This document shows positions 11,806 to 21,425 of a DNA stretch of 64,000 nucleotides, piece by piece (within the stretch, counting starts at the first letter, position 1; every line of letters begins with the position of its first letter). The notes under the pieces are model-generated. The model was not told where the DNA came from, did not search any database, and was given only the letters and a program-made list of their open reading frames with translations. A program made the translations under genes and the position numbers. This DNA is from an uncultured delta proteobacterium (GTDB lineage Bacteria > Desulfobacterota > Binatia > UBA9968), in assembly GCA_963737905.1 (NCBI GenBank), contig CAVTUQ010000038.1, positions 64,001-128,000 of the forward strand, in the 5' to 3' direction.

Positions 11806-11853
11806 TGGATTCCGGCTCCCGCTAGCCCGACTGTGATCGGGTTGGCCGGAATC
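11806..11853. repeat. REP-like palindromic element, right part
   Basis: TGGATTCCGGCTCCCGCTA (18/19 identical to 10119-10137) closed by GCTAGCCCGA...TCGGGTTGGCCGGAATC. Confidence 0.65.
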
Positions 11854-11967
11854 AGGCTGAATTATTCAACTGATTTTGAGGAATCCAGAAAAAGCCGTGA
11901 CTGGACACTCCGATGGAAACCATTCGGAGTGACAACGTTGGGCAGGCAGTCCGATTGGGGGTATCCA

Positions 11968-12918
11968 GTGCCGACATTCTTTGCCGTTTTCCTCGCTATT
12001 TTTATTTTTCAGGACTTGGCGCATGCGGCAGATAGGATCAGGATTGGATTTGCTCCAGGAGCCAGTTCTACCCCTTTCCCGCTAGCGCAGAAGAAAGGAT
12101 TCATGAAAGAGGAAGGATTTGAAGCCGAGATCATTCGGATGTCTAGCACAGTGGCAGCGGTAGCGCTGGCCAGCGGCGAAGCCGACTATGTTACCGGCAT
12201 GAGTGCTATACGGGGAGCGATCCAAGGGCTGCCGCTTAAAGTCATTGCTTCCTATATACAAGGTAGCTCACAGACACTCGTGGCCCGTGGTGATCTCAAA
12301 TCCGTGAGAGAGCTGAAGGGAAAAACAGTTGTGATCGGGACTCCTGGGGGTAGTCCTGATCGCCATGCGCGGCTAATGCTCAAGCATTTTGGCCTAGAGC
12401 CGGATAAAGACGTAAAGTTCGCTTCGGGAGGTCTTACCGAAGGCCGTCTTGCTCGTCTGCAGCAGGGGTTAATCGATGCAACGGTAGTCCCGGTCCCCCT
12501 CGATCTTCAGGCAAGGAAGTTGGGATTAAACGTCCTTGCGCGGGCCTATGAGATATTCACCTACCCCGAGGGCGGTCTGATAACTACGACAAAGAAAATC
12601 AGAGAGAAGCCCGACGAGGTTAAGCGAGTTATCAAAGCAGGTATTAAGGCCAGCCGCTATATCAGGACAAATCGCGACGGGACGATTCAGTTTCTGATGG
12701 AGTGGCAGAGGATCGATAGGGATATAGCCACTGGGACATACGAGTATTTATCGAAAGCCATTAATTACGATGGAAGCCTGTCAGAAAGCGGCTTTCGCCT
12801 GATAATCGAGGAGATTAAAGAGCTAGCCAAGGTAAACCGCGAGGTTGCCTTAGGTGACGTTGCGGATCTTTCGATTCTCAGAGAGGCGCAGAAGGAGCTT
12901 GGGATTAAGGAGAATTAA
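11968..12918 (+). CDS. ABC transporter substrate-binding protein, NMT1/THI5/SsuA-like
   Basis: Signal peptide from GTG 11968 (ORF called from 11833), RIGF, ALASGEAD, ELKGK, C-terminal DLSILREAQKELG. Confidence 0.85.
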   Translation: MPTFFAVFLAIFIFQDLAHAADRIRIGFAPGASSTPFPLAQKKGFMKEEGFEAEIIRMSSTVAAVALASGEADYVTGMSAIRGAIQGLPLKVIASYIQGSSQTLVARGDLKSVRELKGKTVVIGTPGGSPDRHARLMLKHFGLEPDKDVKFASGGLTEGRLARLQQGLIDATVVPVPLDLQARKLGLNVLARAYEIFTYPEGGLITTTKKIREKPDEVKRVIKAGIKASRYIRTNRDGTIQFLMEWQRIDRDIATGTYEYLSKAINYDGSLSESGFRLIIEEIKELAKVNREVALGDVADLSILREAQKELGIKEN

Positions 12919-13008
12919 GTCTTTCTCATCTCGTTGCGCAAGTCTACGGTCTCTGCGTCACCCGCTGTGGCACGGTAATGACGGTGAAAGATGGCGGCTT
13001 CACCCATT

Positions 13009-13809
13009 CTAGATGAACTCCCGAATCGCTTTGTGTGCCGCATCGGGATTTGTCGCCAGGTAATGATGACCCTCCCCCGGTAGCACTACGAGCTTGGCAT
13101 TGGGAATTTCTCGCGCGAGCTCGTGGGCAGCGTGCCAGTGAGTTTTATCCGTCGCGCCGTGTTTTTCGTCGTCACCAACGAGCACGAGCGTGGGGACCCG
13201 GATCTCCTTCAAGCGCTCCGTGTGGTCATGTTCCTGGCGCGCCAGCACAAAGTGAAGATAGTTCTCCAGCGGCGCGATGCCGGACATCCTGACCTGGAGA
13301 AACTTTTCGATCAGATCGGGATGGGCCGCTACGAATTCTCTAGTCCATCCCGTTTCAATCGTGTGCTGACGAATGTAGGCCTCGAAACCCAAGCGAACCA
13401 TGTCGCGGCACATGGCAAGAGGAATACCTTTTGCTCCCGGATGAGAAGAGCCGCTGGAGGCAAGGATAAGTTGCTTAACCTTGTTCGGATGATCCAGGGC
13501 TAGCAGTTGAGCGACCACGCCACCCATGGAATGCCCGCAGACGACCGCTTGTTCCGCGTCCAGATGATCGAGGATCGTCGCGGCGTCATCGGTGAACATT
13601 TTGATTGAATATTTCTGCACCGCTTTGCTTGATTTGCCGGTGCCGCGGTAGTCAAAGACAATGACTTTGTGGTCCTGAGAGAACTCACGCACTTGATGAA
13701 ACTTCCAGGCTTGGTGATCGAGACCGGTTACACTACAGAAGAGAAATGGCGGGCCGTCGCCGTGGACTTCGTAATACATCTCGGCGTCTTGAACTTTTAG
13801 GTGAGGCAT
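13009..13809 (-). CDS. Alpha/beta hydrolase
   Basis: DYRGTGKS, GHSMGG, GEGH. Confidence 0.9.
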   Translation of the reverse strand: MPHLKVQDAEMYYEVHGDGPPFLFCSVTGLDHQAWKFHQVREFSQDHKVIVFDYRGTGKSSKAVQKYSIKMFTDDAATILDHLDAEQAVVCGHSMGGVVAQLLALDHPNKVKQLILASSGSSHPGAKGIPLAMCRDMVRLGFEAYIRQHTIETGWTREFVAAHPDLIEKFLQVRMSGIAPLENYLHFVLARQEHDHTERLKEIRVPTLVLVGDDEKHGATDKTHWHAAHELAREIPNAKLVVLPGEGHHYLATNPDAAHKAIREFI

Positions 13810-13885
13810 GGTTTTTACCCTCCGGGTTTATTTCTGCTGGCACGCTTTTCTTCGAGGGACGCAAACGGTTTGCGGTCGACACTGC

Positions 13886-14932
13886 CTATTTGACGCTTAC
13901 ACCTTGCGCGGCGTAGGCCCGGTCGATGAAGCCGCTTTCATCGAGCTTACGCATGATGCGATTATCGATCACATCTTCGACTTTGATCTCACCGACTTTC
14001 GGAGTTCGGAGCTTCAACATTCGCTGCACGTTGCGCAGGCCTTCCAAAGAAGCAAATGGTTTGCGATCGACGCCAACCAGCAGATCCTGATATCCGTCCT
14101 CTGCGCCTGCGGCGTCCGTTCTGAGCCGACGCGCCAGTGTTTTAAGGACGGACGGTTTATTTTTGGGAGCAAGAGCAAAGGCGAGGGCTTCAATCTCCGC
14201 CTTTAAGTAACTCTCGACAATGTCCGGTCGCTGTTGTAGGAACGTGTGCGGCGCGATCATAGCCTGGCCGACGATGCGTTGGTTCAAATCCGAATATTCG
14301 CCGAGGACCGTGAACCCTTTCTGCTTGAGTCGCCGGCTGAATACCCCATCGAGCACCGCGGCGTCGACAATTCCCGTTTCAACGGCTTGGACTTGGACAC
14401 TTTGATCGCCGACGACTTGCAACAAAATCTTATCGCGTTGTGGCTCCAGCCCGAAGTGTTCAAGCCAGAGCAGCGCGCCCATCCAGGTCGTGCCCCCTAT
14501 GCTCGTAAGGCCGAATGTTTTGCCGCGCAAATCCTCGGCGCGTTTAATGCTGGGCCGCGCGATCAGGTCATAGGTGTTATGGCTGGAAAAAGTGGCCACG
14601 AGTTTAAAATCGTAACCGCCGCCAACGGCTGCGAGCATTGCGCTCCCGCCGCTGCGGCCGAGCTGCATGTCACCCGACGCGAGACCGGCCACCAACGTCG
14701 GCGCGCCGCGCAGATAAACTGGTTGGGCGTCGAGGCCGTATTTGGCAAAGAGCCCTTGCTCTTCGGCGATCCAAAGAGCGGAGATGCGAGCATTCAACGC
14801 GGCGTAGCCAACGATCAACTTGAAAGGCGCGGAGGCGGCGTAGGAAGGAGCGTCACAGGTCACGAGGATAAAAGCAGTAACGATGCATCCCAAAATCCAA
14901 CTCATGGCTACCCTCATGGATGAATGAATCAT
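13886..14932 (-). CDS. ABC transporter substrate-binding protein, NMT1/SsuA-like
   Basis: Signal peptide, FAKYGLD, DLRGK, C-terminal LDESGFIDRAY. Confidence 0.88.
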   Translation of the reverse strand: MIHSSMRVAMSWILGCIVTAFILVTCDAPSYAASAPFKLIVGYAALNARISALWIAEEQGLFAKYGLDAQPVYLRGAPTLVAGLASGDMQLGRSGGSAMLAAVGGGYDFKLVATFSSHNTYDLIARPSIKRAEDLRGKTFGLTSIGGTTWMGALLWLEHFGLEPQRDKILLQVVGDQSVQVQAVETGIVDAAVLDGVFSRRLKQKGFTVLGEYSDLNQRIVGQAMIAPHTFLQQRPDIVESYLKAEIEALAFALAPKNKPSVLKTLARRLRTDAAGAEDGYQDLLVGVDRKPFASLEGLRNVQRMLKLRTPKVGEIKVEDVIDNRIMRKLDESGFIDRAYAAQGVSVK

Positions 14933-15053
14933 TACTCTACCCCGTTCTCAGCATAGATCCGGCCAATATAACCGCAGCGTGATCGTTCAGGCTGGGACAA
15001 AAAATTAAGGTCAAAAAGATAAACGAGAGTCTCATGGTATGACTTGGAAACAT
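14932..15053 (-). pseudogene. Internally deleted substrate-binding protein gene (signal peptide joined to C-terminus)
   Basis: MFPSHTMRLSFIFLTLIFCPSL, then in another frame GYIGRIYAENGVE-stop, matching the tails of the flanking SBPs (GFIDRAYAAQGV, GFFDRLYAEYGIK). Its TAA overlaps the next ATG (TAATG). Confidence 0.6.
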
Positions 15054-15066
15054 AATACGGCAAATG

Positions 15067-15907
15067 TCAACTGTCGAACTGCGCCAGCCACTGATAGATG
15101 ATCTCGACAATCTCCGCCGTGTGCTTATTGTAAAAATGATTGCCTCCGTCGACCAGCTTATAGATTGAGTTGGCACCCGCGGCAGCGACCAGCTCTTCGC
15201 GCGTATTCATGAAAAAACTTGGGCTCGGCGCTGCCGACGATGGCGAGCAAGGGGCAGCCGAGCCGCTTTGCGTAGGGACGGCAATCGTTGCGATCGTCTT
15301 TGCCGTATTTGTCCAAATGTGTACGGGCGGTAAAGATTCCCGGTGTGGCACCCACGGCGACGGACAATAACTCTTCACCCCTGCTCTCAGCGACCATAGT
15401 TTCAGCTCTTTCTATGGTTTCGCGAAACCCGGGCTGCCGGGAAATCCGCTCGGAATAGAATTGCTTTGGGGCGGAGCAAGACACGATGCTGACCACGTCC
15501 GCACGTTGGCGCGTGCCCTGGTAGATGATCGATTTGATAGCTCCCAAACTATGGCCGATGAGCACGAAGCGGCGATAGCCTTGCTTTTCGAGGTAATTCA
15601 AAGCCCCGTCAAAATCGAATAAGCAGTCGTCAAGATTTTCGTAAGCCGACCCGCCGAATTTAGTTAGATTGCCGACGCGGGCAATCCAGTCGTGGCCGCG
15701 GGTATTGATCACAAAGCAATGGTAGCGGCGTTGCGCCAGCTCCTGCCCGAAACTCGCCAACGGCGGCAAATAAAAATTCATCGCTACGCCGTGAACAAAC
15801 ACCAGTGCAAGATCCGAGCGTTCCTCTGGCGGCGTGAAGAGCAGGCCGTGGAGTCTCTCGTTGTCGGCGGTTTTGAAACTACAGAGTTGCGTGTGGATGC
15901 TCATCAA
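15067..15907 (-). CDS. Alpha/beta hydrolase (DUF1749-like; apparent frameshift near 15195)
   Basis: VHG, TRGHD, GHSLG; the C-terminal VDGGNHFY is in the other frame (ORF 15067-15378). Confidence 0.8.
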
Positions 15908-15935
15908 TGGTTTTTGCTCATTTCGTCTTGCGCTA

Positions 15936-16970
15936 TTATTTTATTCCGTACTCGGCATAGAGGCGATCGAAGAAGCCGCTGTCATCGATTTTCTTCAAGA
16001 CGCTTGAATCGACGAGGTTTTCTACTTTGACATCGCCGATGCGGGGATTTTGGCTTTTCATGAGACGCTGCAGGATTTTGAGCCCATCCATCGAAACGTA
16101 GGGTTTGCGGTATTCTTCCAGGCGGATCAAGGTGAAAACATCTTGATAGGCGCCCTCCGCGGCGGAAAGATCGCTTAGCTTGAATTGTTTGCTAATGGTC
16201 TCTAGCACGGCGGGTTTGTTCTTGGGCCCCGTGATAAATACCATGCTTTCGATAAGGGCCTTGAGTACGCTCTCTAGAGTGTCGGTGTTTTGCTGGAGAT
16301 AAGGTTTTTCCACGAGGACGGTCATCCCCACGGAAGGTAGCCTTGTTTGCTCACACCGCCCCAGGACCACGAATCCCTTCTCGGCCAACCGGCGGCTCAA
16401 AAAACCCGGGACGACGGTGGCGTCGATGCGGCCGGTTTCAAGGGCCTGGCTTAGAATCGTCACATCACCAATGACGATCATCTGAATATTGTCACGCTTT
16501 TCATCCATACCAAAGTGCTCGAGCCAAACCGTAGCCGTTTTCCACACGCCGCCGCCAATGCTCTGGATGCCGAAGCGCTTGCCGCGCAAATCTTTCGGAC
16601 TATTGATTCCCGGTCGGGCGACGAGATCTAGGTTTTCTCGGCTGCTCAAGCTGGCTACCATCTGTAACTCTTTGCCGCCCACCGCCGCGGCGAGGGCTGT
16701 CGTTGCGCCGCCGTAGGCGATTTGGGTATCGCCTGATGCGAGAGTGGCAATCTGCGCCGGGTTGCCGCGCACCCAGACGACTTTGGATTTAATGCCGTAT
16801 TTGCCAAAGAAGTTTTGACGTTGGGCAACCCAGAGGGGGATTGCCGACGTGCTCATGCTTGCATGGGTGATGATGACTTCGGCCGGAGCGGCGAACAGCT
16901 CGGCTCTAGCGGTCAAGACCAAAACGATCGAAAGCAAGCTTGCGCGCACCATCCTGACAGCTCGCTTCAT
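15936..16970 (-). CDS. ABC transporter substrate-binding protein, NMT1/SsuA-like
   Basis: Signal peptide, FFGKYGI, DLRGKRFG, IDDSGFFDRLY. Clear paralog of 13886-14932. Confidence 0.88.
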   Translation of the reverse strand: MKRAVRMVRASLLSIVLVLTARAELFAAPAEVIITHASMSTSAIPLWVAQRQNFFGKYGIKSKVVWVRGNPAQIATLASGDTQIAYGGATTALAAAVGGKELQMVASLSSRENLDLVARPGINSPKDLRGKRFGIQSIGGGVWKTATVWLEHFGMDEKRDNIQMIVIGDVTILSQALETGRIDATVVPGFLSRRLAEKGFVVLGRCEQTRLPSVGMTVLVEKPYLQQNTDTLESVLKALIESMVFITGPKNKPAVLETISKQFKLSDLSAAEGAYQDVFTLIRLEEYRKPYVSMDGLKILQRLMKSQNPRIGDVKVENLVDSSVLKKIDDSGFFDRLYAEYGIK

Positions 16971-17104
16971 GGGTCACCTCCGACGTTTGTTGGGCAAGTT
17001 ACCGAACCGGTTAAGGATTTGGAGAATATAGCCGCAATCGATTTGTTCCGGCAACATAAAAAATGAGGGTTGTGTGGCGTGTAGGCTCGGGGGCGTCTCG
17101 GTTC

Positions 17105-17150
17105 TTGACATTTCTAATCAACTTACTTAGGATCGGTTACCTAGTAAAGG
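17105..17150 (+). promoter_or_regulatory. Putative sigma70 -35 box upstream of the Rrf2 gene
   Basis: TTGACA at 17105-17110 followed by AT-rich sequence; the -10 box is not canonical. Confidence 0.35.
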
Positions 17151-17161
17151 CACGACGACTT

Positions 17162-17596
17162 ATGAAGGTCAGTTCAAAAGGCCATTACGGATTACTTGCT
17201 CTAGCCGAGCTTGTCGACAATTACAAACTTCGGCGGGCCGTACAGGTGAAGGAAATCGCCAAGAACCAGCAGATACCCCCCGAGTACCTGGGGCAGATTA
17301 TGGTCTTGTTGAAGCGGGGGCGGCTCGTTCACGGCTCACGCGGGCCTGCGGGGGGTTATATACTCGCCCGTCCTCCGGAGACGATTACGGTTAGAGAGGT
17401 GTTGCATGTGCTCGAGGGGCCGTTGGTGGGGATCGATCTACGGCCGGGCACACATGGCAGGGGAATGTCTCCGGTGACCCAGCGGTTGGTCGAGACCTGG
17501 GCACGAGGCGTCAAAGCGATGGAGAACATTCTCGACGAAATGACCTTGGCTGAGTTGTGTAAACCGGAACCGGCGGCGCTGATGTACTACATTTGA
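17162..17596 (+). CDS. Rrf2 family transcriptional regulator (CymR-like, lacks the IscR three-Cys motif)
   Basis: MKVSSKGHYGL, EIAKNQQIPPEYLGQI, SRGPAGGYILARPPETIT. Confidence 0.92.
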   Translation: MKVSSKGHYGLLALAELVDNYKLRRAVQVKEIAKNQQIPPEYLGQIMVLLKRGRLVHGSRGPAGGYILARPPETITVREVLHVLEGPLVGIDLRPGTHGRGMSPVTQRLVETWARGVKAMENILDEMTLAELCKPEPAALMYYI

Positions 17597-17676
17597 AAAA
17601 TTTTTGGCGGTATTTCTGACTAAATAAATTTGAAAAGTCAGGTTCAAGCCAAACTCTGAGTCAAAGGAGATAGGCC

Positions 17677-19971
17677 GTGGAAAAAAGCCCTACCTGGAAA
17701 GAAAAGGTCGCCGAGAAAATACCGCCGGAACTGGCGCGGGAGATCGACATCTTCGAGCAACAAATGGAGCTCCGAAAGCAGGGGAAGATCGACGAAAAGG
17801 TCTTTGCCGAGACTCGCTTGCGGCGCGGCATCTATGGGCAGCGTTATGATAATGGACAGCGGCACGACGGCAAACGCATCCAGAAGCTCAAACTTCCAGC
17901 GGACGTTATCAAGGGACCGGATACACTATGGGACGCGCCGGGCATGATGCGCATCAAGATTCCGTTTGGCGGGCTCAATCCGGAACAACTGGAGGTTCTC
18001 GCGGAGCTGTCGGAGGAATATGCGGATGGTGTCTCCCATGTGACTACCCGCCAGGACATTCAATTTCATTTCGTCCACATTGACGACACGCCTTCGTTGA
18101 TGCGCCGTCTCGCGGCTGTTGGAATCACGACGCGGGAAGCCTGCGGCAACGTGGTCCGTAACGTGACGGCTTGCCCCTTGGCGGGCATCTGCCGCGACGA
18201 AACCTTTGACACGACGCCTTATGCCAAAGCCTGCTCAAGGTTCTTGCTGGGGCACCCCGATACACAGGACTTTGGCCGCAAGTTTAAAATCGCCTTCTCG
18301 GGTTGCCAGCAGCATCCCTGCGGTCTGGTGACCATGCATGACATGGGCGCCATCGCCAAGACGAGAATCGTCGACGGCAAGGAAAAGCGCGGCTTCGCGG
18401 TTTACGTCGGCGGCGGTCTCGGCTCAGTCCCGTACAAGGCGAAGTTGTTCGATGAATTTCTGCCTGAAGAAGAGCTCTTGCCGATATCCCAGGCTATCTC
18501 GCGGGTGTTCGCGCGTTTGGGTGAAAAACGGAATCGCGCCCGGGCACGGGTGAAGTTTCTCATCGCGAATCTTGGCATCGATGAGTTTCGCAAGCTCGTT
18601 CTGGCAGAGCGCCAAAAGCTGGCCAATGATCGACGCTGGACGGCCCACCTGGCATCGGTTAATGACCAAACGGAAGAGCCGCTTAAACCCGGAGTAAGCT
18701 TGAACGGCAGCGAACGGCCGGAAGGTTTCGATGCCTGGTACGCCACCAATGTATACAGGCAAAGGCAACCCGGATATGTAGCCGCCACGGTAACCTTGCC
18801 GTTGGGTGATGCCAGCGCCGACCAATTGCGGGCGCTCGCCGACATCGCCCGGCGTTTCGTTAAAGATACGATACGCACCACAGTGGAGCAAAACATTCTC
18901 TTCCGTTGGGTAAGCGAGGCGGACCTGCCGGAGTTTTACCGAGCGATCAAAGCCATCGGTCTCGGCGCGCCGGACGCGGCTACTATCGTAGACGTCACGG
19001 CCTGCCCGGGCACGGATACCTGCAAATTGGGAATCGCGTCGTCCCGCGGTCTCGCACGGGAGTTGCGCTATCGATTGGGCGAGAAGAGCTTGCAGCTCGA
19101 TGAAGCGGTGAAGAATCTGCGCATCAAAGTCAGCGGCTGCTTCAATTCCTGCGGCCAGCATCACATCGCCGACATTGGCTTTTACGGCATCAACCGCAAC
19201 GTGAAAGGATTTCAGGTGCCCCATTTCCAGGTGATTCTCGGCGGAAAGTTTCATGACAACGCCGGTGAGTATGGTGTTCCCATTGGCGCCGTTCCGTCCA
19301 AGCGGATACCGGAGGCGGTGCTATCGATCACTGAGTACTATGTGCGCAAGCGTCTGAAGGACGAACGCTTCCAGGATTTCGTCCGGCGCATCGGCAAAAA
19401 AGAGATCAAAGACTTGTTGGAGGATTTGACCAAAATTCCCGACCACGACGTGGATCGCGCCTACTACAGCGATTGGGGCGACCCCCGGGAGTTCACTCTA
19501 GCGGACATGGGAATCGGTGAGTGCGCCGGCGAGGTGGTGAGCCAGGCTGAGTTTACTCTGGCTGCCAGCGAACGCGAGTTGTTCGAGGCGCAGTTGCTCT
19601 TGGATGGCGGTCGGCCAGAAGAGGCCGCGAAAACGGCGTATGCTTCTATGGTGCGCGCTGCGCAAGGGTTGGTCAAGGCGCAAGATCCCGCCATTTCAGA
19701 AGATGAAAATCAAATTCTCGCCGAGTTCACCAGACGCTTTTACGAAACGCAGCTCTTCTGGGACAAGTATGCCGGCGGAAAATTCGCCGAGTACATGTTC
19801 AAGGCCAAGGAATTTGTCGGGGCGGGCAAGGCCGTGGATGCCGATCGCGCCGTACAATTGGTGCAGGAAGCGCAGTTGTTCATCGACGCGGCGCATGATT
19901 GTCACAACAAGCTGCGCGGCGGCGTGGCGAACGGAGTGAAGTTGGATAACGTTGCGCAACCCAGCGCTTAG
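17677..19971 (+). CDS. Nitrite/sulfite reductase (siroheme, 4Fe-4S) with C-terminal extension
   Basis: RLRRGIYGQR, HVTTRQDIQ, TACPLAGIC, SGCQQHPC, TACPGTDTC, SGCFNSCG. Lies in a cys/siroheme gene context. Confidence 0.92.
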   Translation: MEKSPTWKEKVAEKIPPELAREIDIFEQQMELRKQGKIDEKVFAETRLRRGIYGQRYDNGQRHDGKRIQKLKLPADVIKGPDTLWDAPGMMRIKIPFGGLNPEQLEVLAELSEEYADGVSHVTTRQDIQFHFVHIDDTPSLMRRLAAVGITTREACGNVVRNVTACPLAGICRDETFDTTPYAKACSRFLLGHPDTQDFGRKFKIAFSGCQQHPCGLVTMHDMGAIAKTRIVDGKEKRGFAVYVGGGLGSVPYKAKLFDEFLPEEELLPISQAISRVFARLGEKRNRARARVKFLIANLGIDEFRKLVLAERQKLANDRRWTAHLASVNDQTEEPLKPGVSLNGSERPEGFDAWYATNVYRQRQPGYVAATVTLPLGDASADQLRALADIARRFVKDTIRTTVEQNILFRWVSEADLPEFYRAIKAIGLGAPDAATIVDVTACPGTDTCKLGIASSRGLARELRYRLGEKSLQLDEAVKNLRIKVSGCFNSCGQHHIADIGFYGINRNVKGFQVPHFQVILGGKFHDNAGEYGVPIGAVPSKRIPEAVLSITEYYVRKRLKDERFQDFVRRIGKKEIKDLLEDLTKIPDHDVDRAYYSDWGDPREFTLADMGIGECAGEVVSQAEFTLAASERELFEAQLLLDGGRPEEAAKTAYASMVRAAQGLVKAQDPAISEDENQILAEFTRRFYETQLFWDKYAGGKFAEYMFKAKEFVGAGKAVDADRAVQLVQEAQLFIDAAHDCHNKLRGGVANGVKLDNVAQPSA

Positions 19972-19986
19972 TTCGTTTTCAAAACA

Positions 19987-20565
19987 ATGGAACTGCAAAA
20001 GATCAACGTAAAGGTTTTTACCGCGGAGCCCAACAAGGTTTCGTTGACGGACTTTATCGATGTCTTTCACGGCTGGATTCAAGCCACAGACGGCGTCTAC
20101 CACGACGTTGCCGACTACAGCCATATGCAGGCCGGTCCGGGGGTCATCTTGGTGGCCGAGGACGCCAACGTCGGTATCGACGAGACCGGCGATCGGCGCG
20201 GGCTTCTCTATAGTCAAAAAAGTAAACTTAGCGGGTCGAACCTGGAGAAATTGAGCACCGTATTGCGGTCTGCTTTGGAAAATTGCCGGCGGTTGGAGCA
20301 AGAGCCGGCGCTGGACGGCAAATTGAGATTTGCGGGGAATCAAGTGGAGATTTCGGTCAATGACCGTTTGCTTGCGCCGAATATTAGCGAGACTTTTGAG
20401 GAGCTCCGGCCCGAAATTGATTTCTTGGCGCGGCGCCTCTATTCCAGTACGAATTTTACTTTGCGCCAGAACCGGCAAGATCCAAGACATCGGTTGAACG
20501 TGATCCTTAGCACACCGTTGTCATTTGAAACGAAAACATTGTTGAACAATCTACAAGCGATTTAG
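19987..20565 (+). CDS. Hypothetical protein co-transcribed with the sulfite reductase
   Basis: Intact 192-aa ORF 15 nt after the reductase; contains FHGWIQ and [14 protein letters not shown]. Confidence 0.75.
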   Translation: MELQKINVKVFTAEPNKVSLTDFIDVFHGWIQATDGVYHDVADYSHMQAGPGVILVAEDANVGIDETGDRRGLLYSQKSKLSGSNLEKLSTVLRSALENCRRLEQEPALDGKLRFAGNQVEISVNDRLLAPNISETFEELRPEIDFLARRLYSSTNFTLRQNRQDPRHRLNVILSTPLSFETKTLLNNLQAI

Positions 20566-20572
20566 CAGAGCA

Positions 20573-20791
20573 ATGAACCTCGCGAGGAGCTACGACGACG
20601 TGTGGGATTACATACGAAAAAACAATGTCCCTTACAATCGCCTTCATAAACAAGGCTATCCCAGCATCGGCTGCGCTCCCTGCACGCGGGCGGTGAACCC
20701 AGGAGAGGATCTCCGTGCGGGCCGCTGGTGGTGGGAAAATCCGGATACCAAAGAGTGCGGGCTGCACGTGAGCGCGGAAGCGAAGGTCTAA
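20573..20791 (+). pseudogene. cysH: Truncated APS/PAPS reductase (C-terminal ~67 aa only)
   Basis: [33 protein letters not shown] and KECGLH; the N-terminal catalytic part is absent. Confidence 0.85.
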
Positions 20792-20795
20792 AAGC

Positions 20796-21425
20796 GTGGG
20801 TTACTATCCCGTTTTTCTCGAAATGAAACAGCGTCGTTGCGTTGTCATCGGCGGCGGAAGAGTCGCAGAAAGAAAAGTCGAAGGACTCGTGGCCGCCGGA
20901 GCACGCGTGACTATTATCAGCCCGGCGATTACGGAGGGACTACGGCGTTTGCTCACGCAAGGCGCGATCCGCCACTTGGCGCGCGAACAACGCTCAGGCG
21001 ATCTGGCGGGTTACGAGCTGGCCTTTGTCGCCATGGATGATCCGGAGTTGAATGTAGCGGCGTGCAGGGAGGCGCGCTCGCGATACGTTTGGGTGAATAG
21101 CGCAGACGACCCGGCGCAATGTGATTTTATCTTGCCGGCGGTGATTCGGCGCGGCGACCTAGCGGTGGCACTTTCGACCGGCGGCGTGAGTCCAGCAGTG
21201 ACTCGCGCCATCCGCGAGGAGCTCGACGAGTACCTGACGGCGGACTACGCCGGGTTTGTTCAGATAGCAGGCGAGGTGCGCAGAGAGCTGCGGGCAAGGT
21301 CCGTTTTTCCAGATGCGAGCGCATGGAACCGGGCGCTGCAGGGAGACTTCCGTCGCTTGGTTAAGGAGGGACAACCAGGGCAAGCGAAAGAGCTTTTGCT
21401 GGAAACGTTAGGAGCCAAACCATGA
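20796..21425 (+). CDS. Precorrin-2 dehydrogenase/sirohydrochlorin ferrochelatase (CysG N-terminal/SirC-like)
   Basis: YYPVFL, VIGGGRVAERKV, VNSADDP..CDFILPA, STGGVSP. Confidence 0.9.
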   Translation: MGYYPVFLEMKQRRCVVIGGGRVAERKVEGLVAAGARVTIISPAITEGLRRLLTQGAIRHLAREQRSGDLAGYELAFVAMDDPELNVAACREARSRYVWVNSADDPAQCDFILPAVIRRGDLAVALSTGGVSPAVTRAIREELDEYLTADYAGFVQIAGEVRRELRARSVFPDASAWNRALQGDFRRLVKEGQPGQAKELLLETLGAKP

